Translations under genes and position numbers: made by a program
NCBI GenBank assembly: GCA_028819255.1
Contig: JAPPMB010000041.1
Span: 33,575-97,574 of the forward strand
Origin: Bryobacterales bacterium
GTDB lineage: Bacteria > Acidobacteriota > Terriglobia > Bryobacterales > UBA6623
Length of the DNA: 64,000 bases
Reading direction: 5' to 3'
Notes under the pieces: generated by a model
What the model was told of the DNA's origin: nothing
The model's database searches: none
The model's input: the letters and a program-made list of their open reading frames with translations, nothing else
Shown: piece after piece, positions 27,347 to 37,458 of the stretch
Position numbering within the stretch: the stretch's first letter is position 1
Layout of the letters: each line of letters starts with the position of its first letter

Positions 27347-28683
27347 CCGAGACGCTCTCTGACGAGTCTCGCGATCGCCGTGCAGTGCCGCACCACGTCG
27401 GTGTGGGACTCCGCCTCGACCATAACCCGTGCAACCGGCTCGGTTCCCGAGTAGCGGAGCACGATCCTTCCGCGACCTGCCAGCTCGAGCTCCCGGTCGG
27501 CAAGTTCCTGGCTGATCTCCGGAAGGTGGGACAGCGGCGGCTTGTGCCGGACCCGTACATTCACGAGCTTCTGAGGGAAAACACGGAGGCGCCGACGCAA
27601 CTCGCTGCACGCCACATTCTCGTCCCCGAGAATGCGCAGCATCATGAACAGAGTGAGCAGACCGTCGCCCGTGGTGGAGAAATCGCCGAAGATGGCATGT
27701 CCCGACTGTTCGCCGCCAAGCGCAGCCCCCGAAGTCAGCATTTCGTGAATGACATGCTTGTCGCCGACCGGCGTGCGCACGAGCCGTATGCCGTTCCGGC
27801 GCAACGCCAAGTCCAGTCCCATGTTGGACATCACGGTCGCCACGACGGTGTTCTCGTGCAGCAGTCTGCGACCCTTGAGGGCGATGGCGGCCGCGAGAAG
27901 GATGTTGTCTCCATTAAGACGACGGCCACGCTCGTCGACGAACAGGCAGCGGTCCGCATCCCCGTCGAGCGCCGCCCCGAAGTCCGCATCCCCGTCAACC
28001 ACCTCCTCGGCCAAGCGGTCCATGTGCAGCGCTCCACAGTCCCTGTTGATGTTGCGGCCATTCGGATCACACGCTATGTACCTGACGTCCGCACCGAGCC
28101 TTTCGAATGCGATCGGGGCGATCTCGGACGCAGCCCCGTTGGCACAGTCCACGACGAACCGCAGGTCGAGGGCGGACGGCGGCGGACGGCTCGCGCGAAT
28201 CAGGTGCCCGATGTATTCATCCGCGATGTCGGGATTCTCGACCAAGCCCTCAGCGGCCGGAGTGCCGGCGCTTTCCAGTGCCGCCTGAATCCGGAGTTCC
28301 AGGCTGGACTCGGTCTCGTCCGGGAGCTTGTACCCGAACGGCCCGAAGACCTTGATTCCGTTGTCCTCAAACGGATTGTGCGAGGCCGATACGACGACTC
28401 CGAGCGAGTAGTCCCCCTGCTGCGTCGCGTACGCGACGGCGGGGGTCGGCACCACTCCCGCGAACTCCCGATCAACACCTCCGGCCCTGAGTCCGCCTGC
28501 CAGCAGCTGCGCGATCCTGGGGCTCGACTCTCTGGTGTCCATCCCGATCAGCACCTTCGGACTGCGAGTCTGCCGGATGTGGCCTGCCAAGGCCAGGCCC
28601 ACCGCGTACACGGTGGGATCGTCGAGTGGGGGCTCCCCGTAGCGGCCGCGGATTCCGTCGGTTCCGAAGAGCTTGGTGGCCAT
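27343..28683 (-). CDS. glmM: phosphoglucosamine mutase
   Basis: MATKLFGTDGIRG start. Active-site VVSASHNPFEDNGIK, DGDADR, GGEQSGH. Confidence 0.9.
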   Translation of the reverse strand: MATKLFGTDGIRGRYGEPPLDDPTVYAVGLALAGHIRQTRSPKVLIGMDTRESSPRIAQLLAGGLRAGGVDREFAGVVPTPAVAYATQQGDYSLGVVVSASHNPFEDNGIKVFGPFGYKLPDETESSLELRIQAALESAGTPAAEGLVENPDIADEYIGHLIRASRPPPSALDLRFVVDCANGAASEIAPIAFERLGADVRYIACDPNGRNINRDCGALHMDRLAEEVVDGDADFGAALDGDADRCLFVDERGRRLNGDNILLAAAIALKGRRLLHENTVVATVMSNMGLDLALRRNGIRLVRTPVGDKHVIHEMLTSGAALGGEQSGHAIFGDFSTTGDGLLTLFMMLRILGDENVACSELRRRLRVFPQKLVNVRVRHKPPLSHLPEISQELADRELELAGRGRIVLRYSGTEPVARVMVEAESHTDVVRHCTAIARLVRERLG

Positions 28684-28972
28684 GGATGCAACTCGGCTTC
28701 CACCGGACCGAAGGCCGGCAGCAGCTCTCCCGATTGTACGACTTGCAGGGCGCCGCCAAATGACTCGCATCCAACGCCTTCCGCGCCCTGCCCTTCCGGC
28801 ATGCGGGACGCTCCCGTGCGTCATCAGAACGCCCACTCGTCGAGCGGCTGCGCACGCGCCCTGCGCCTCAGCGGAATCCCCGCAATCCTTCGGCAGCGAC
28901 ATCGGCCTGAACGGCCCGATGTCGAGCGGCTTCCCGCCGGGAACTCGGCTAGACTCGGAGGTCGGAATCCGC

Positions 28973-30037
28973 ATGGCCCAAAGCGCCCACAGACGCCTGA
29001 TCCAGGGCATGCTCGCCAACTATCCGTTCGTCTTGAAGAACCTCAAGGCGTATGCGGGCAACCTCTACCGTCGGCGAGTCCTGGGGTCCAGCTTGGTCGT
29101 GCCGTACTCCGCAATCTTCTACGCCACGCACAGGTGCAACCTGTCTTGCTCGTACTGCACGCAGAAGAACCCGGAGGTCTTCAGCGAAGAACTCGACACC
29201 CGGACCACGATTCGAATTTTCCACAACATTCGCAAGGAGGTGGACACCCTTCTGATCACGGGCGGCGAGTGCACGGTGCGGCCCGACATCGAGCGTCTCG
29301 TCATCGCGTCGCGCGAGGAGGTTGGCTTCCGGTCGGTCCTGATCGTGACCAACGGCGTCCTGCTCGACACGAAGCGCGCCATGCTGCCCTACCTCAACGG
29401 ACTCGTATGCAGCCTCGACGCGATCACCCACGACCCTTCCGAACCCCTCTCCAAGTCCGCGACCGTGCCGCGCGTGCTGGACAACCTGCTGATGGCCAAG
29501 GAGATCCTTCCTGCGCAAGCCATCACGGTCTCGTGCGTGTTGGAGCAGTGGAACCTGGCCGAGGCCGAGCGGATCCTCGAGTTCTGCGGCAAACACGGAT
29601 TCGTGTTCTCCGTGCAGTCCGCGCAGACCAACGGCAAGTTCCCGAACTTCGAGTTCCTGCGTGACCCCCGGTACCGGGATTTCGTCGAGCGCCTGATCGC
29701 CATGCGCGAACAGAACACTGTTCGGATCAACGGAACACCGAAGCTGCTGCGCACGCTGCTCCTGTTCGAGGAGTTCAAGTGCTACCCGACGATGTTCCCC
29801 AGAATCTACCCGAACGGGGACATTTTCTATCCCTGCGAGGTTCTGCGCAGGATCGCAGGCAACGTCCTCGACGACGGGTCGATCTCGGCGGCGTTCGAGC
29901 GCGGTCGCAGGCTCTACGGAGAGGTTCCCGAGTGCAAGAACAACTGCTTCCTGTTCGGCAACGTCCTCTCCTCGTACTACGTGGAGGACTTCTGGGGGCT
30001 GGCCGGCGACACCATCCGGAACCGGGCGCAGGCGTGA
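28973..30037 (+). CDS. radical SAM protein with C-terminal Cys cluster, unknown substrate
   Basis: CX3CX2C at HRCNLSCSYC (Cys55/59/62 from the chosen start). GGE motif LITGGEC. C-terminal cysteines CYP...YPCE...ECKNNC. GGAGG lies 11 nt upstream of ATG 28973. Confidence 0.8.
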   Translation: MAQSAHRRLIQGMLANYPFVLKNLKAYAGNLYRRRVLGSSLVVPYSAIFYATHRCNLSCSYCTQKNPEVFSEELDTRTTIRIFHNIRKEVDTLLITGGECTVRPDIERLVIASREEVGFRSVLIVTNGVLLDTKRAMLPYLNGLVCSLDAITHDPSEPLSKSATVPRVLDNLLMAKEILPAQAITVSCVLEQWNLAEAERILEFCGKHGFVFSVQSAQTNGKFPNFEFLRDPRYRDFVERLIAMREQNTVRINGTPKLLRTLLLFEEFKCYPTMFPRIYPNGDIFYPCEVLRRIAGNVLDDGSISAAFERGRRLYGEVPECKNNCFLFGNVLSSYYVEDFWGLAGDTIRNRAQA

Positions 30038-30050
30038 CGGCGCCGGCTGG

Positions 30051-31052
30051 TCAAACCTTGAAGCCGTGCATTTGCCGGTAGATCGGCGCGTCGTAGCGCT
30101 GCGTGGACTTGAAGTGCTCGTGGCGACCGTCCCCGGCTCCGGCGGCCGCGAGGGTCATGATCTCCTCGCGAGCCTGCTGCGACAAGGCCTGGAAGCCCCT
30201 GGCGATCTTCACGTCGGCCATCAACTGCTCCATGTTGATGTAGCCGCGCACGATTGAGGACACCGGCAGGCTCAGGGCCCAGCGGACGCACATCTCCGCA
30301 GTCACCTTCGTCTTTGTCGGAATCTCCGCCTCCCGCGGGCCGCCACCAAGACACTTCATACCGATGACGCCCACATCCTTGGCAATGCAGATCGGTACAA
30401 CCTCGTTCTGGAACGAACGGTAGAAATGATCCATGGGATTGATCGGCATCTGGGAGGTGGCCCAGTCAAAGCCCTTGCCGAGCATCCTGAGATGGATGGC
30501 TGGGTGCTTGTGGCCGGTGAATCCGATGTGGCGCACCTTGCCGGCCTCCTGGGCCTCCAAGGCAAACCTCAGGCCGCCCCGCTCGAAGACCCAGTCAGGG
30601 TCGTTGTCGTAGTTGATCTCGTGGAACTGCCAGAGGTCGATGTAGTCGGTCTGCAGCCTGCGCAGGCTGTCGTCAAGGCACTGGCGCGCGAACTTCTCGT
30701 CGCGGCCCGAGTTCTTGGTCATCAGGAAGACCTGGTCGCGACGGCCCTTCAGCGCCCTGCCCATGAACTCCTCGGCATAGCCGTCGTGGTACATCCAGGC
30801 GTTGTCCCAGAAGAAGACTCCATTGTCGACGGCTGCGTGCGCGAGTCTCATCGCCGCGTTCTCGCCGTCGTCCTTCGCCGCCCGGCCAAGGTGGGCGCCG
30901 CCGAGGCAGAGGATGGAGACCTGCTCCCCGGTCCTGCCAAGCCTCCGGGTCGGAATGCCCCGCCCCTCGTCGTCCTGCGGCACCGCCTGGGCCAGGAGGG
31001 CAGCCAGGCCTCCGCCTAAGGGTGCATTGCGGATCGAACGCGTGCTCGCCAT
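30051..31052 (-). CDS. aldo/keto reductase
   Basis: RRLGRTGEQVSILCLGG, FWDNAWMYHDGYAEEFMG, IDLWQFHE, IGFTGH: the AKR catalytic pattern. N-terminal leader. Confidence 0.85.
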   Translation of the reverse strand: MASTRSIRNAPLGGGLAALLAQAVPQDDEGRGIPTRRLGRTGEQVSILCLGGAHLGRAAKDDGENAAMRLAHAAVDNGVFFWDNAWMYHDGYAEEFMGRALKGRRDQVFLMTKNSGRDEKFARQCLDDSLRRLQTDYIDLWQFHEINYDNDPDWVFERGGLRFALEAQEAGKVRHIGFTGHKHPAIHLRMLGKGFDWATSQMPINPMDHFYRSFQNEVVPICIAKDVGVIGMKCLGGGPREAEIPTKTKVTAEMCVRWALSLPVSSIVRGYINMEQLMADVKIARGFQALSQQAREEIMTLAAAGAGDGRHEHFKSTQRYDAPIYRQMHGFKV

Positions 31053-31584
31053 GGCTGACAGTATATGAAATGGGGGTCGTCAGCGCTGTTGCCCGGCTCT
31101 GATTCGGCGTCGCTCGGATTTCCGATCCCTCAGGTGCGGCCATTCCTCCTGGGCGGACCAGCAAACACCGTCCTGAGAGCGTCCTGCACCGTGTCGGGGA
31201 TCGGTTCGGGAAGCGGAAGCCTGAGAGGTCGTCCGCGCAGAGGCCCGGCCGGCGTCACTGAAGCGATCGGATTCATCGGCCGCAGCTGCGCCTCACACGT
31301 CCGTCGAACGTTCCTTCCAGCCGTGCGGTGCGCCCGCGCAGGCCTGCAATATCGCCTCGGACGTCATGAAGTTAGGTGCGGTTGCCGCCGACTTCAGGCT
31401 GCAGGTTTCGGATCGCGACACTCCTTGTCCGCTGACGGCTCAGGATCGATCCACCGAGTCCGGCCCCCCACGCCTACGACATCGACGTCCGGTCCTTCTC
31501 CGTTCATGATGCTTCCGGACGCACAGTGCTGTTGGCCGTGCGTTCCTCGACGAGACGGCCACAGTCGGGAAGCGCCGGGCGAAA

Positions 31585-32106
31585 CTATCTGGGGGCGCGC
31601 TTGGCCGCGGCGAAGAAGTCGCCAGGTTCAACGCGGACGATCTTCCAGCGCTTGCCTCGTCTGCGCATTTCCAGCAGCAGCGTTTCTCGGCGCCGCTCCA
31701 CAGGCCCTGGGTCGAGCTTCGGCGTCAGGTCCAGCAGCCAGTCCACATGCACGACGCACTCGTCCGGGCCGCCTTCGGGAGGTTCGCTCCGAACGGACGA
31801 TGCGATGCGACGTTGCGCGGTCAGCGCGGCGACCTCATCCTGGAACCGGTCGAAGTCGGCCATTGCTCGACGGTCGAACGAGGAGAGGAACAGTGGGGCG
31901 TTGCCTGACTGCAGGGCGCGACTGGCATCGCGAATCAGGCGGCGAACCGCCTCCGCATCGCCGGGGCCGTCGGACGCGAACAGGCCTGCCGCCAGACCCA
32001 GGCCCGCGGCCACGATCCCGACGGCTGCAGCCGGGCCTCGGCTCCTGCCCGGCAGGATGTCCGAGGGGGGGGCTGCGGACCACGCCGACCGGGCAAGTCC
32101 CGGCAA
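31585..32106 (-). CDS. hypothetical membrane-anchored protein (possibly NTF2-like fold)
   Basis: 173-aa ORF 4 nt downstream of the GMC partner gene. TM AAAVGIVAAGLGLAAGLF. No motif recognised. Confidence 0.45.
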   Translation of the reverse strand: MPGLARSAWSAAPPSDILPGRSRGPAAAVGIVAAGLGLAAGLFASDGPGDAEAVRRLIRDASRALQSGNAPLFLSSFDRRAMADFDRFQDEVAALTAQRRIASSVRSEPPEGGPDECVVHVDWLLDLTPKLDPGPVERRRETLLLEMRRRGKRWKIVRVEPGDFFAAAKRAPR

Positions 32107-32110
32107 CCGC

Positions 32111-32818
32111 CTACGCCTCCTCGAACGGGCTCCGGCCGAGAGCGTAATCGATCGCTTCCTGCGGGACCGAGTATTCGGTGTGCGCCGCGTTGCCCACGAA
32201 CCCGAGGTCCCGGATGCCGGCCGGACTGGTGTAGTAGGCGTCCACGATCAGGACTCTCGCCCAGCCGAAGAACTTGAGCCCTTGCTGGGCCTCGGACGGC
32301 CGCCTCACGCCGAATACGGAGAATCGCTCGTACTCGTCGGTTTCCCATCGGACATCGGAATCCTCAAGGTCGCGCTCCGCTTCCACCAGAGCGTCCAGGA
32401 TCTGCGTCTGCTGCTCCTCAGGGGAATCGACGAACCGCTTTCCGGTGCGAACACGCGAGGCGGCGTCGAGCCAGAGCATCCCGCCGGTGAAGATCGCGGC
32501 CAGCTCGGGGTTCTGGCTCGAGAGCAGGTCGATGAACTCGGGCGCCCCGCCCTCCCGTCCGCTCGGACCGCCCTCGTCAGCGGGCACGATCAGTTCGGAA
32601 AGCCGCTCGAGCGTGGCGAACTCGTGGCCGTTGAAGAACTTGACCTCGTACTCGCCCTGGAAGGTTCGCTCATTCGCAATCTCGGCATGCACCTGTGCGG
32701 CGTCGGCCCTGTCGATCCCGGCGCCGAGGCCTGCCGCGGTCACGCCGAGGGCGATGCGTCGCAGGGCGGCGCGACGCGAGAGCGCCTCGACCGCAACGAA
32801 ACCTTGCTTGCTAGACAT
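32111..32818 (-). CDS. gluconate 2-dehydrogenase subunit 3 family protein (Tat-exported partner of the GMC oxidoreductase)
   Basis: Tat-like SRRAALRRIALGVTAAGLGAG. 8-nt overlap with the upstream GMC gene. This is the typical pairing. Confidence 0.7.
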   Translation of the reverse strand: MSSKQGFVAVEALSRRAALRRIALGVTAAGLGAGIDRADAAQVHAEIANERTFQGEYEVKFFNGHEFATLERLSELIVPADEGGPSGREGGAPEFIDLLSSQNPELAAIFTGGMLWLDAASRVRTGKRFVDSPEEQQTQILDALVEAERDLEDSDVRWETDEYERFSVFGVRRPSEAQQGLKFFGWARVLIVDAYYTSPAGIRDLGFVGNAAHTEYSVPQEAIDYALGRSPFEEA

Positions 32819-34511
32819 TGCCTTTCCTCAGTTCCTCGGCGAGATACTCCGCCGTCCGCCACGAAAGCGCGTTGATCGTCAGCGTCGGATTCTTGTCGGG
32901 ATTGCTGACGAACGTGGCTCCGTCCGCCACGAAGAGGTTCCTGACTTCATGGGCCTGGCAATACTGGTTGAGCACGGAGTTGGAGGCGCTCTCCCCCATC
33001 CGGGCGGTCCCGACCTCGTGGATGATGGATCCCGGGACAGCGATGCCCTCGCCTTCGCGAGACCTGTTGCCGATGCCGTGCACCTTTCCGCCCGCAGCCT
33101 CGATCAGGTCCTTGAACGTTCGCTCCATGTGGCGCGCCTGCTTCCATTCGTAGTCGCTGAACGAGAAGTGGAACCGCGCGACGGGAATGCCCCAGCGGTC
33201 GATCACGTCCGGGTCGATGTCCATGTAGCTCTGGTCGTTGGGGACCATCTCCCCGCGGCCCGAGAGTCCGACCCGCGTGCCGTACTGCTCGCGGACCTTG
33301 CGCTTGAGCGGCAATCCGTAGCCCGTCTGCCTGGCGATGCCCAGGAAGCTCCCCGGGCCGGGCATTCGGAACCCGCCGCCCATCTCGATGTGATAGCCGC
33401 GGGGAAAGTCCAGTTTGGAGTGATCGTCCCACAGCCACCACGGGGCGTACAGGTGGGCTCCGCCGAAGCCGTCCGAATCGTAGCGGGGCATGTTTTCGAG
33501 CGCGGGCAGCGTCCCTTGCACGCTGAATCCGACGGTGTCCATCAGGTAGCGCCCCACCAGGCCCGATCCGTTCGCGATGCCGTTGGGGAAGTGCCTGGAC
33601 TTGGAATTGAGCATCAGCCTCGCGGTCTCGCAGGCCGATGCCGCCAGCACCACCGCACGTCCCCGGACGCGCTTCTCGGTGCGGGCCTCTTTGTCGATGT
33701 AGATCACTCCCCGGGCCAGCCCGGCATCGGAGGCCTCGACCTCGCGGACCATCGCTCCAGTGATCAGCGTGACGTTCCCGGTCCTGATCGCGGGGAAGAC
33801 GTCGACCTGGGATGCGGAGTAGTTCGACTCCGTCAGGCAGCCCCGGCCGCACTGGCCGCAGTAGTGGCAGGCCGCCCTGCCGTTGATCGAGCGCGTGATG
33901 ACCGCGCGCCGGTTCGCAATGAAGGGCACGCCCAAGCTCTTGCCCGCAGCCCGCATCAGCCGCTCGTGGACCTTGGGCTCGGGCGGAGTGTGGAATTTGC
34001 CGTCGGGGGCGCTGCGGATTCCCTCGACGGTCCCGGTCACGCCGATGTACTCCTCGGTCCGGTCGTACCAGGGCGCGAGGTCCTCGTAGCTGATCGGCCA
34101 GTCCCAGCCGACGCCGTCCCGGGAGTACGGCTTGAGGTCCATGTCCGAGAACCGGAAGGACATGCGTCCGTAGTGGTTGGTGCGGCCGCCGACGACGCGG
34201 GAGCGGAACCATTGGAATCGCGTCCCGGGCGCTGAGGTGTAGGGCTCGCCCTCGAGCTGCCACCCGCCGCTGACCGTCGTGAAGAACCCGTAGTCCGTTC
34301 CCCTCCCGAAATAGGCCTTGCCGCCGTCCTCGGCTGACCGATGGCCGTAGTCGTGCGGCCAGTCGTTGGTCTTGAAGTCCCGCTGGGGATCTATCATGGG
34401 CCCCGCTTCCAGCAGGGCGACCTTGACGCCCTTCTCGCCCAGGACTCGGGCCATCGTTCCGCCGCCGGCGCCCGCGCCCACAACGACCACGTCGTAGTCG
34501 GTTTCAGCCAT
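32811..34511 (-). CDS. GMC family FAD-dependent oxidoreductase
   Basis: DVVVVGAGAGGGTMARVLGEKG (FAD GxGxxG). C-terminal HEVGTARMG and NLFVADGATF. Confidence 0.85.
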   Translation of the reverse strand: MAETDYDVVVVGAGAGGGTMARVLGEKGVKVALLEAGPMIDPQRDFKTNDWPHDYGHRSAEDGGKAYFGRGTDYGFFTTVSGGWQLEGEPYTSAPGTRFQWFRSRVVGGRTNHYGRMSFRFSDMDLKPYSRDGVGWDWPISYEDLAPWYDRTEEYIGVTGTVEGIRSAPDGKFHTPPEPKVHERLMRAAGKSLGVPFIANRRAVITRSINGRAACHYCGQCGRGCLTESNYSASQVDVFPAIRTGNVTLITGAMVREVEASDAGLARGVIYIDKEARTEKRVRGRAVVLAASACETARLMLNSKSRHFPNGIANGSGLVGRYLMDTVGFSVQGTLPALENMPRYDSDGFGGAHLYAPWWLWDDHSKLDFPRGYHIEMGGGFRMPGPGSFLGIARQTGYGLPLKRKVREQYGTRVGLSGRGEMVPNDQSYMDIDPDVIDRWGIPVARFHFSFSDYEWKQARHMERTFKDLIEAAGGKVHGIGNRSREGEGIAVPGSIIHEVGTARMGESASNSVLNQYCQAHEVRNLFVADGATFVSNPDKNPTLTINALSWRTAEYLAEELRKGNV

Positions 34512-34584
34512 TGCCGTTGCGCTCCATTCGTTGTCTGTCTTCTCCGCCTCGGCGGAGACGCATCCGCAAAGCGCCGGCCGCTCT

Positions 34585-36543
34585 CTACTGCACGCTTGCC
34601 GGCAGGGGATCCGGCCGCTTGCTGACGACGCCCTCGTACGCTTCCGCGATAGAGATATTATGCGCGGTCAGCGTGTGGCCCGTGGACTGGTTCAGGTTGA
34701 TTCGGGCGTTGGCGTACTCGTTCTGGGTGGCGATGACGTTCGTACGGGCGTTCGCTAGGTCCCTTTGCGCCTGCACGACGAGGAAGATCGTGGACGCGCC
34801 GAGGTTGTACCGCTTCTGTTCAGCCTCCAGGGCCTCTTCCTGGAGCTCCTGCGCCTTCAAAGCGGCCACGTAGCGGGCGCGGGCCTGCTGGATGCGGATG
34901 ACGGCGGACTGGACCCCCGAGCGAACGGCGTTCTCAGCCTGGACCATCTGGATTTCCTGCTGGCGCTTTTCCAGCAGGGCGGCTGTGTAGTCGGCCCTGG
35001 CCTGACGGTTCTTGAGCGGAATGTTGAGCTGGAGGCGCACCTGGTAGTCCGGGAAATTGCGCCGCAGAAGCTGCCCGGTCGCCGTGCCGAGGCCGCCCAG
35101 GAAGTAAGGCGAGACGTAGGTGCTCTGACCCGGGAAGGTGGCAAAGTCCTCGTTGATCCCTCCGGCCAGCGCGTTGTTCGTCAGGTCGACGACCACGCTG
35201 GCGCTCGGGAGCATGCCGTTCCTGACGCCGATCAGCCCAAGGTCCGTGTTCTGGAGCCGGATCCGGTTCTGGGCCATGTCCGCCCGGGCGCGCAGCGCAA
35301 TGTCCATCAGCACCGGCAGGGGCTCGAGGTCGTCGTCCTCGGAGATTGCGATCTCGTCCGTCGGGACGATCTCGGCATGCAGCAAGGTGGGACTGGCGAT
35401 GCCGTTCACGCTGATGGCGTCCTTGAGCAGTGTCTCCTGCAACTGGACCTCGGTCTGGGCCGCCGTCAGATCGGCCTCGCGGGCGGCAACTTCAGCTTCG
35501 GCACGGATGACCTCGATCGGCGCCAGCGTGCCGATCTCCACGCGTCGCTGATTGTCGCTGTAGAGCTTCCTCGCCAGTTCGAGATTCTGCCGCTGGCTCT
35601 CGACTTGCGCGCGCAGGGACACGAGACCCCAGTAGATGCCCGAGACCCGGGTGACGACCTCCTCCACCTGCAGCTTGAACTGGAGATTCGAGATCTCGTG
35701 GTTGTTCCGGGCGACCTCGATGTTCCGGGTGTTGACCGCCACGCCGAATCCCTGCAGCAGAGGCTGCGTGAGCCGGAGCGTGAACGCGCTGATCAGGGAG
35801 GGGTTGAAGTTGTTGCGCAGGCTGTTCGTCTCGGTGCGGGAGTTCGCCCAGATCAGGGCCATGGTGGCGCCTGAAACGAAGCCCTGGCGGAGGCCGATCT
35901 GGGAGTTGCTGATCTCCCTCACCAGGGTGTTGGTGCCGGTCACGAAGTCGCTGGTCTGGGGATTCGAGAAGTGTCCCCAGTCGATGTTCCCGAAGATGGA
36001 GGGATCCAGATTGACCGCGGTCGTGCCGAAGAACGTGCTGGCGTCCCCGATGTCCGCCGCACCGCCGCCGCCGCCGCCGCCCGCACCGGCCGCGGCGCCT
36101 CCGGCGCGCTGGGTGATCCCGGTGGCCTGTCCGACGGGGCGGGCCCCGCCGGTGTCACCGAGGCCCGTGGACAGGACGCTGATCTGGTTCTGCACGCCAC
36201 GCAGCTGAGCGCCGGACTTGGCGCGCATCAGGTCGTTCGCGGCGCTCCTCGGCCCGTAGCGCGACCAGGCTATGTCCAGGTTGTTCTCGATCGCCAGAGC
36301 GAGGGCGTCAGACAGCGACAGATAGAGCTTCGCGTCGTGCAGCAGGGCTTCGAGCCGGCCCGAATTGCTCAGCGAGATGTCGGGGATCTCGGGCGCATCG
36401 AAGATGTTGGCGAACGGAGGCCAGCCCGACGCGCCTTCGCTGTAGTCGAACGGCCGGGCCCGGATCGCCTGGGCGCTGGCCAGGGGCTGCAGAACCAGCA
36501 TTGCTGCAAGCAGCAGCGACAGTACGACACTCCTGTAGTTCAT
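34585..36543 (-). CDS. TolC-family outer membrane efflux protein
   Basis: Signal peptide MNYRSVVLSLLLAAMLVLQPLASAQA. Two repeats of the OEP pattern (LSLSDALALAIENNLDI...; coiled segments with A/E/Q heptads). Contains a Gly-rich insert. Confidence 0.8.
   Translation of the reverse strand: MNYRSVVLSLLLAAMLVLQPLASAQAIRARPFDYSEGASGWPPFANIFDAPEIPDISLSNSGRLEALLHDAKLYLSLSDALALAIENNLDIAWSRYGPRSAANDLMRAKSGAQLRGVQNQISVLSTGLGDTGGARPVGQATGITQRAGGAAAGAGGGGGGGAADIGDASTFFGTTAVNLDPSIFGNIDWGHFSNPQTSDFVTGTNTLVREISNSQIGLRQGFVSGATMALIWANSRTETNSLRNNFNPSLISAFTLRLTQPLLQGFGVAVNTRNIEVARNNHEISNLQFKLQVEEVVTRVSGIYWGLVSLRAQVESQRQNLELARKLYSDNQRRVEIGTLAPIEVIRAEAEVAAREADLTAAQTEVQLQETLLKDAISVNGIASPTLLHAEIVPTDEIAISEDDDLEPLPVLMDIALRARADMAQNRIRLQNTDLGLIGVRNGMLPSASVVVDLTNNALAGGINEDFATFPGQSTYVSPYFLGGLGTATGQLLRRNFPDYQVRLQLNIPLKNRQARADYTAALLEKRQQEIQMVQAENAVRSGVQSAVIRIQQARARYVAALKAQELQEEALEAEQKRYNLGASTIFLVVQAQRDLANARTNVIATQNEYANARINLNQSTGHTLTAHNISIAEAYEGVVSKRPDPLPASVQ
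36062..36079. repeat. (CCG)x6 trinucleotide tract inside TolC (encodes GGGGGG on the minus strand)
   Basis: Read directly: ccg ccg ccg ccg ccg ccg. Confidence 0.9.
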
Positions 36544-36654
36544 GCGGGGTGTAGTGGAACGTGGCGCTGCCAACAATGCGCAGAATTCCAGAGTGTTTAG
36601 ACGCATTGAAATACGGATTGGTTACCCGCCGTCGGACCACGCTACGCTGCCAGT

Positions 36655-37458
36655 GTGAAGCCGTCCGACCGCACATGGAAGCTGACCCTATCCTACGACG
36701 GCACGGACTTTGCGGGCTGGCAGGTCCAGCCGGGCCTGTCCACCATCCAGGGGCGGCTGCAGCGTGCGCTGGCGCGCATCGAGGGCGCCCACGTCAAGGT
36801 GGACGGCTCGGGACGCACGGATGCCGGCGTCCACGCGCTCGCGCAGGTGGCGTCCTGCTCCATGCGCAATCCCATTCCGGACCACGGCCTGCTGAAGGCG
36901 ACGAACCGTCTGCTTCCCCCGTCGATTCGGGTGATCAGCGTGTGCGAGGCCTCTGCGGGCTTCCACGCGCGGTACTCAGCGGTCGCAAAGACCTACGAGT
37001 ACCGGATCCTGCGCACGGCGATCTGTTCGCCGTTCCTGGCGCGATACGCGTACTGGCATCCGTATCCCCTGGACGAGGAGGCGATGCGACGGGCGGCTCC
37101 GGTCCTGTCGGGCGAGCGCGACTTCCGCTCGTTCGCATCCGAGGGAGGAGGCCCGAGGCGCTCGGCCGTGCGGACCGTCTATTCCTCGGAACTGCGTCGG
37201 ACAGGCGACCTGCTGGTCTACCGTGTGCGGGGCTCGGGTTTCCTCTATCGAATGGTCCGCAATCTGGTCGGGACGCTTCTGGAAGTGGGGCGCGGAAACG
37301 TGACCGTGGAGGACATCGAGAGCATCCTCGAGGCCCGAGACCGTCGGGCGGCCGGGCCGACGGCGCCCGCCCGCGGGCTGTTTCTTGAGAGCGTCGAGTA
37401 CCCCTCCGCTCCCAAGGCCGGCGGGGATGTCCCGGCTAGCTCGTCCTCGAGACGATGA
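36655..37458 (+). CDS. truA: tRNA pseudouridine(38-40) synthase
   Basis: GTG start. LTLSYDGTDFAGWQVQPG, GSGRTDAGVHA (catalytic Asp), FLYRMVRNLVGTL. Confidence 0.9.
   Translation: MKPSDRTWKLTLSYDGTDFAGWQVQPGLSTIQGRLQRALARIEGAHVKVDGSGRTDAGVHALAQVASCSMRNPIPDHGLLKATNRLLPPSIRVISVCEASAGFHARYSAVAKTYEYRILRTAICSPFLARYAYWHPYPLDEEAMRRAAPVLSGERDFRSFASEGGGPRRSAVRTVYSSELRRTGDLLVYRVRGSGFLYRMVRNLVGTLLEVGRGNVTVEDIESILEARDRRAAGPTAPARGLFLESVEYPSAPKAGGDVPASSSSRR

Noticed and set aside
31065-32147. 360-aa plus-strand ORF spanning the 31-kb gap.
   Set aside because: It has an Arg/Ser/Pro-rich composition and runs antisense across two better-supported minus-strand genes. No motifs.
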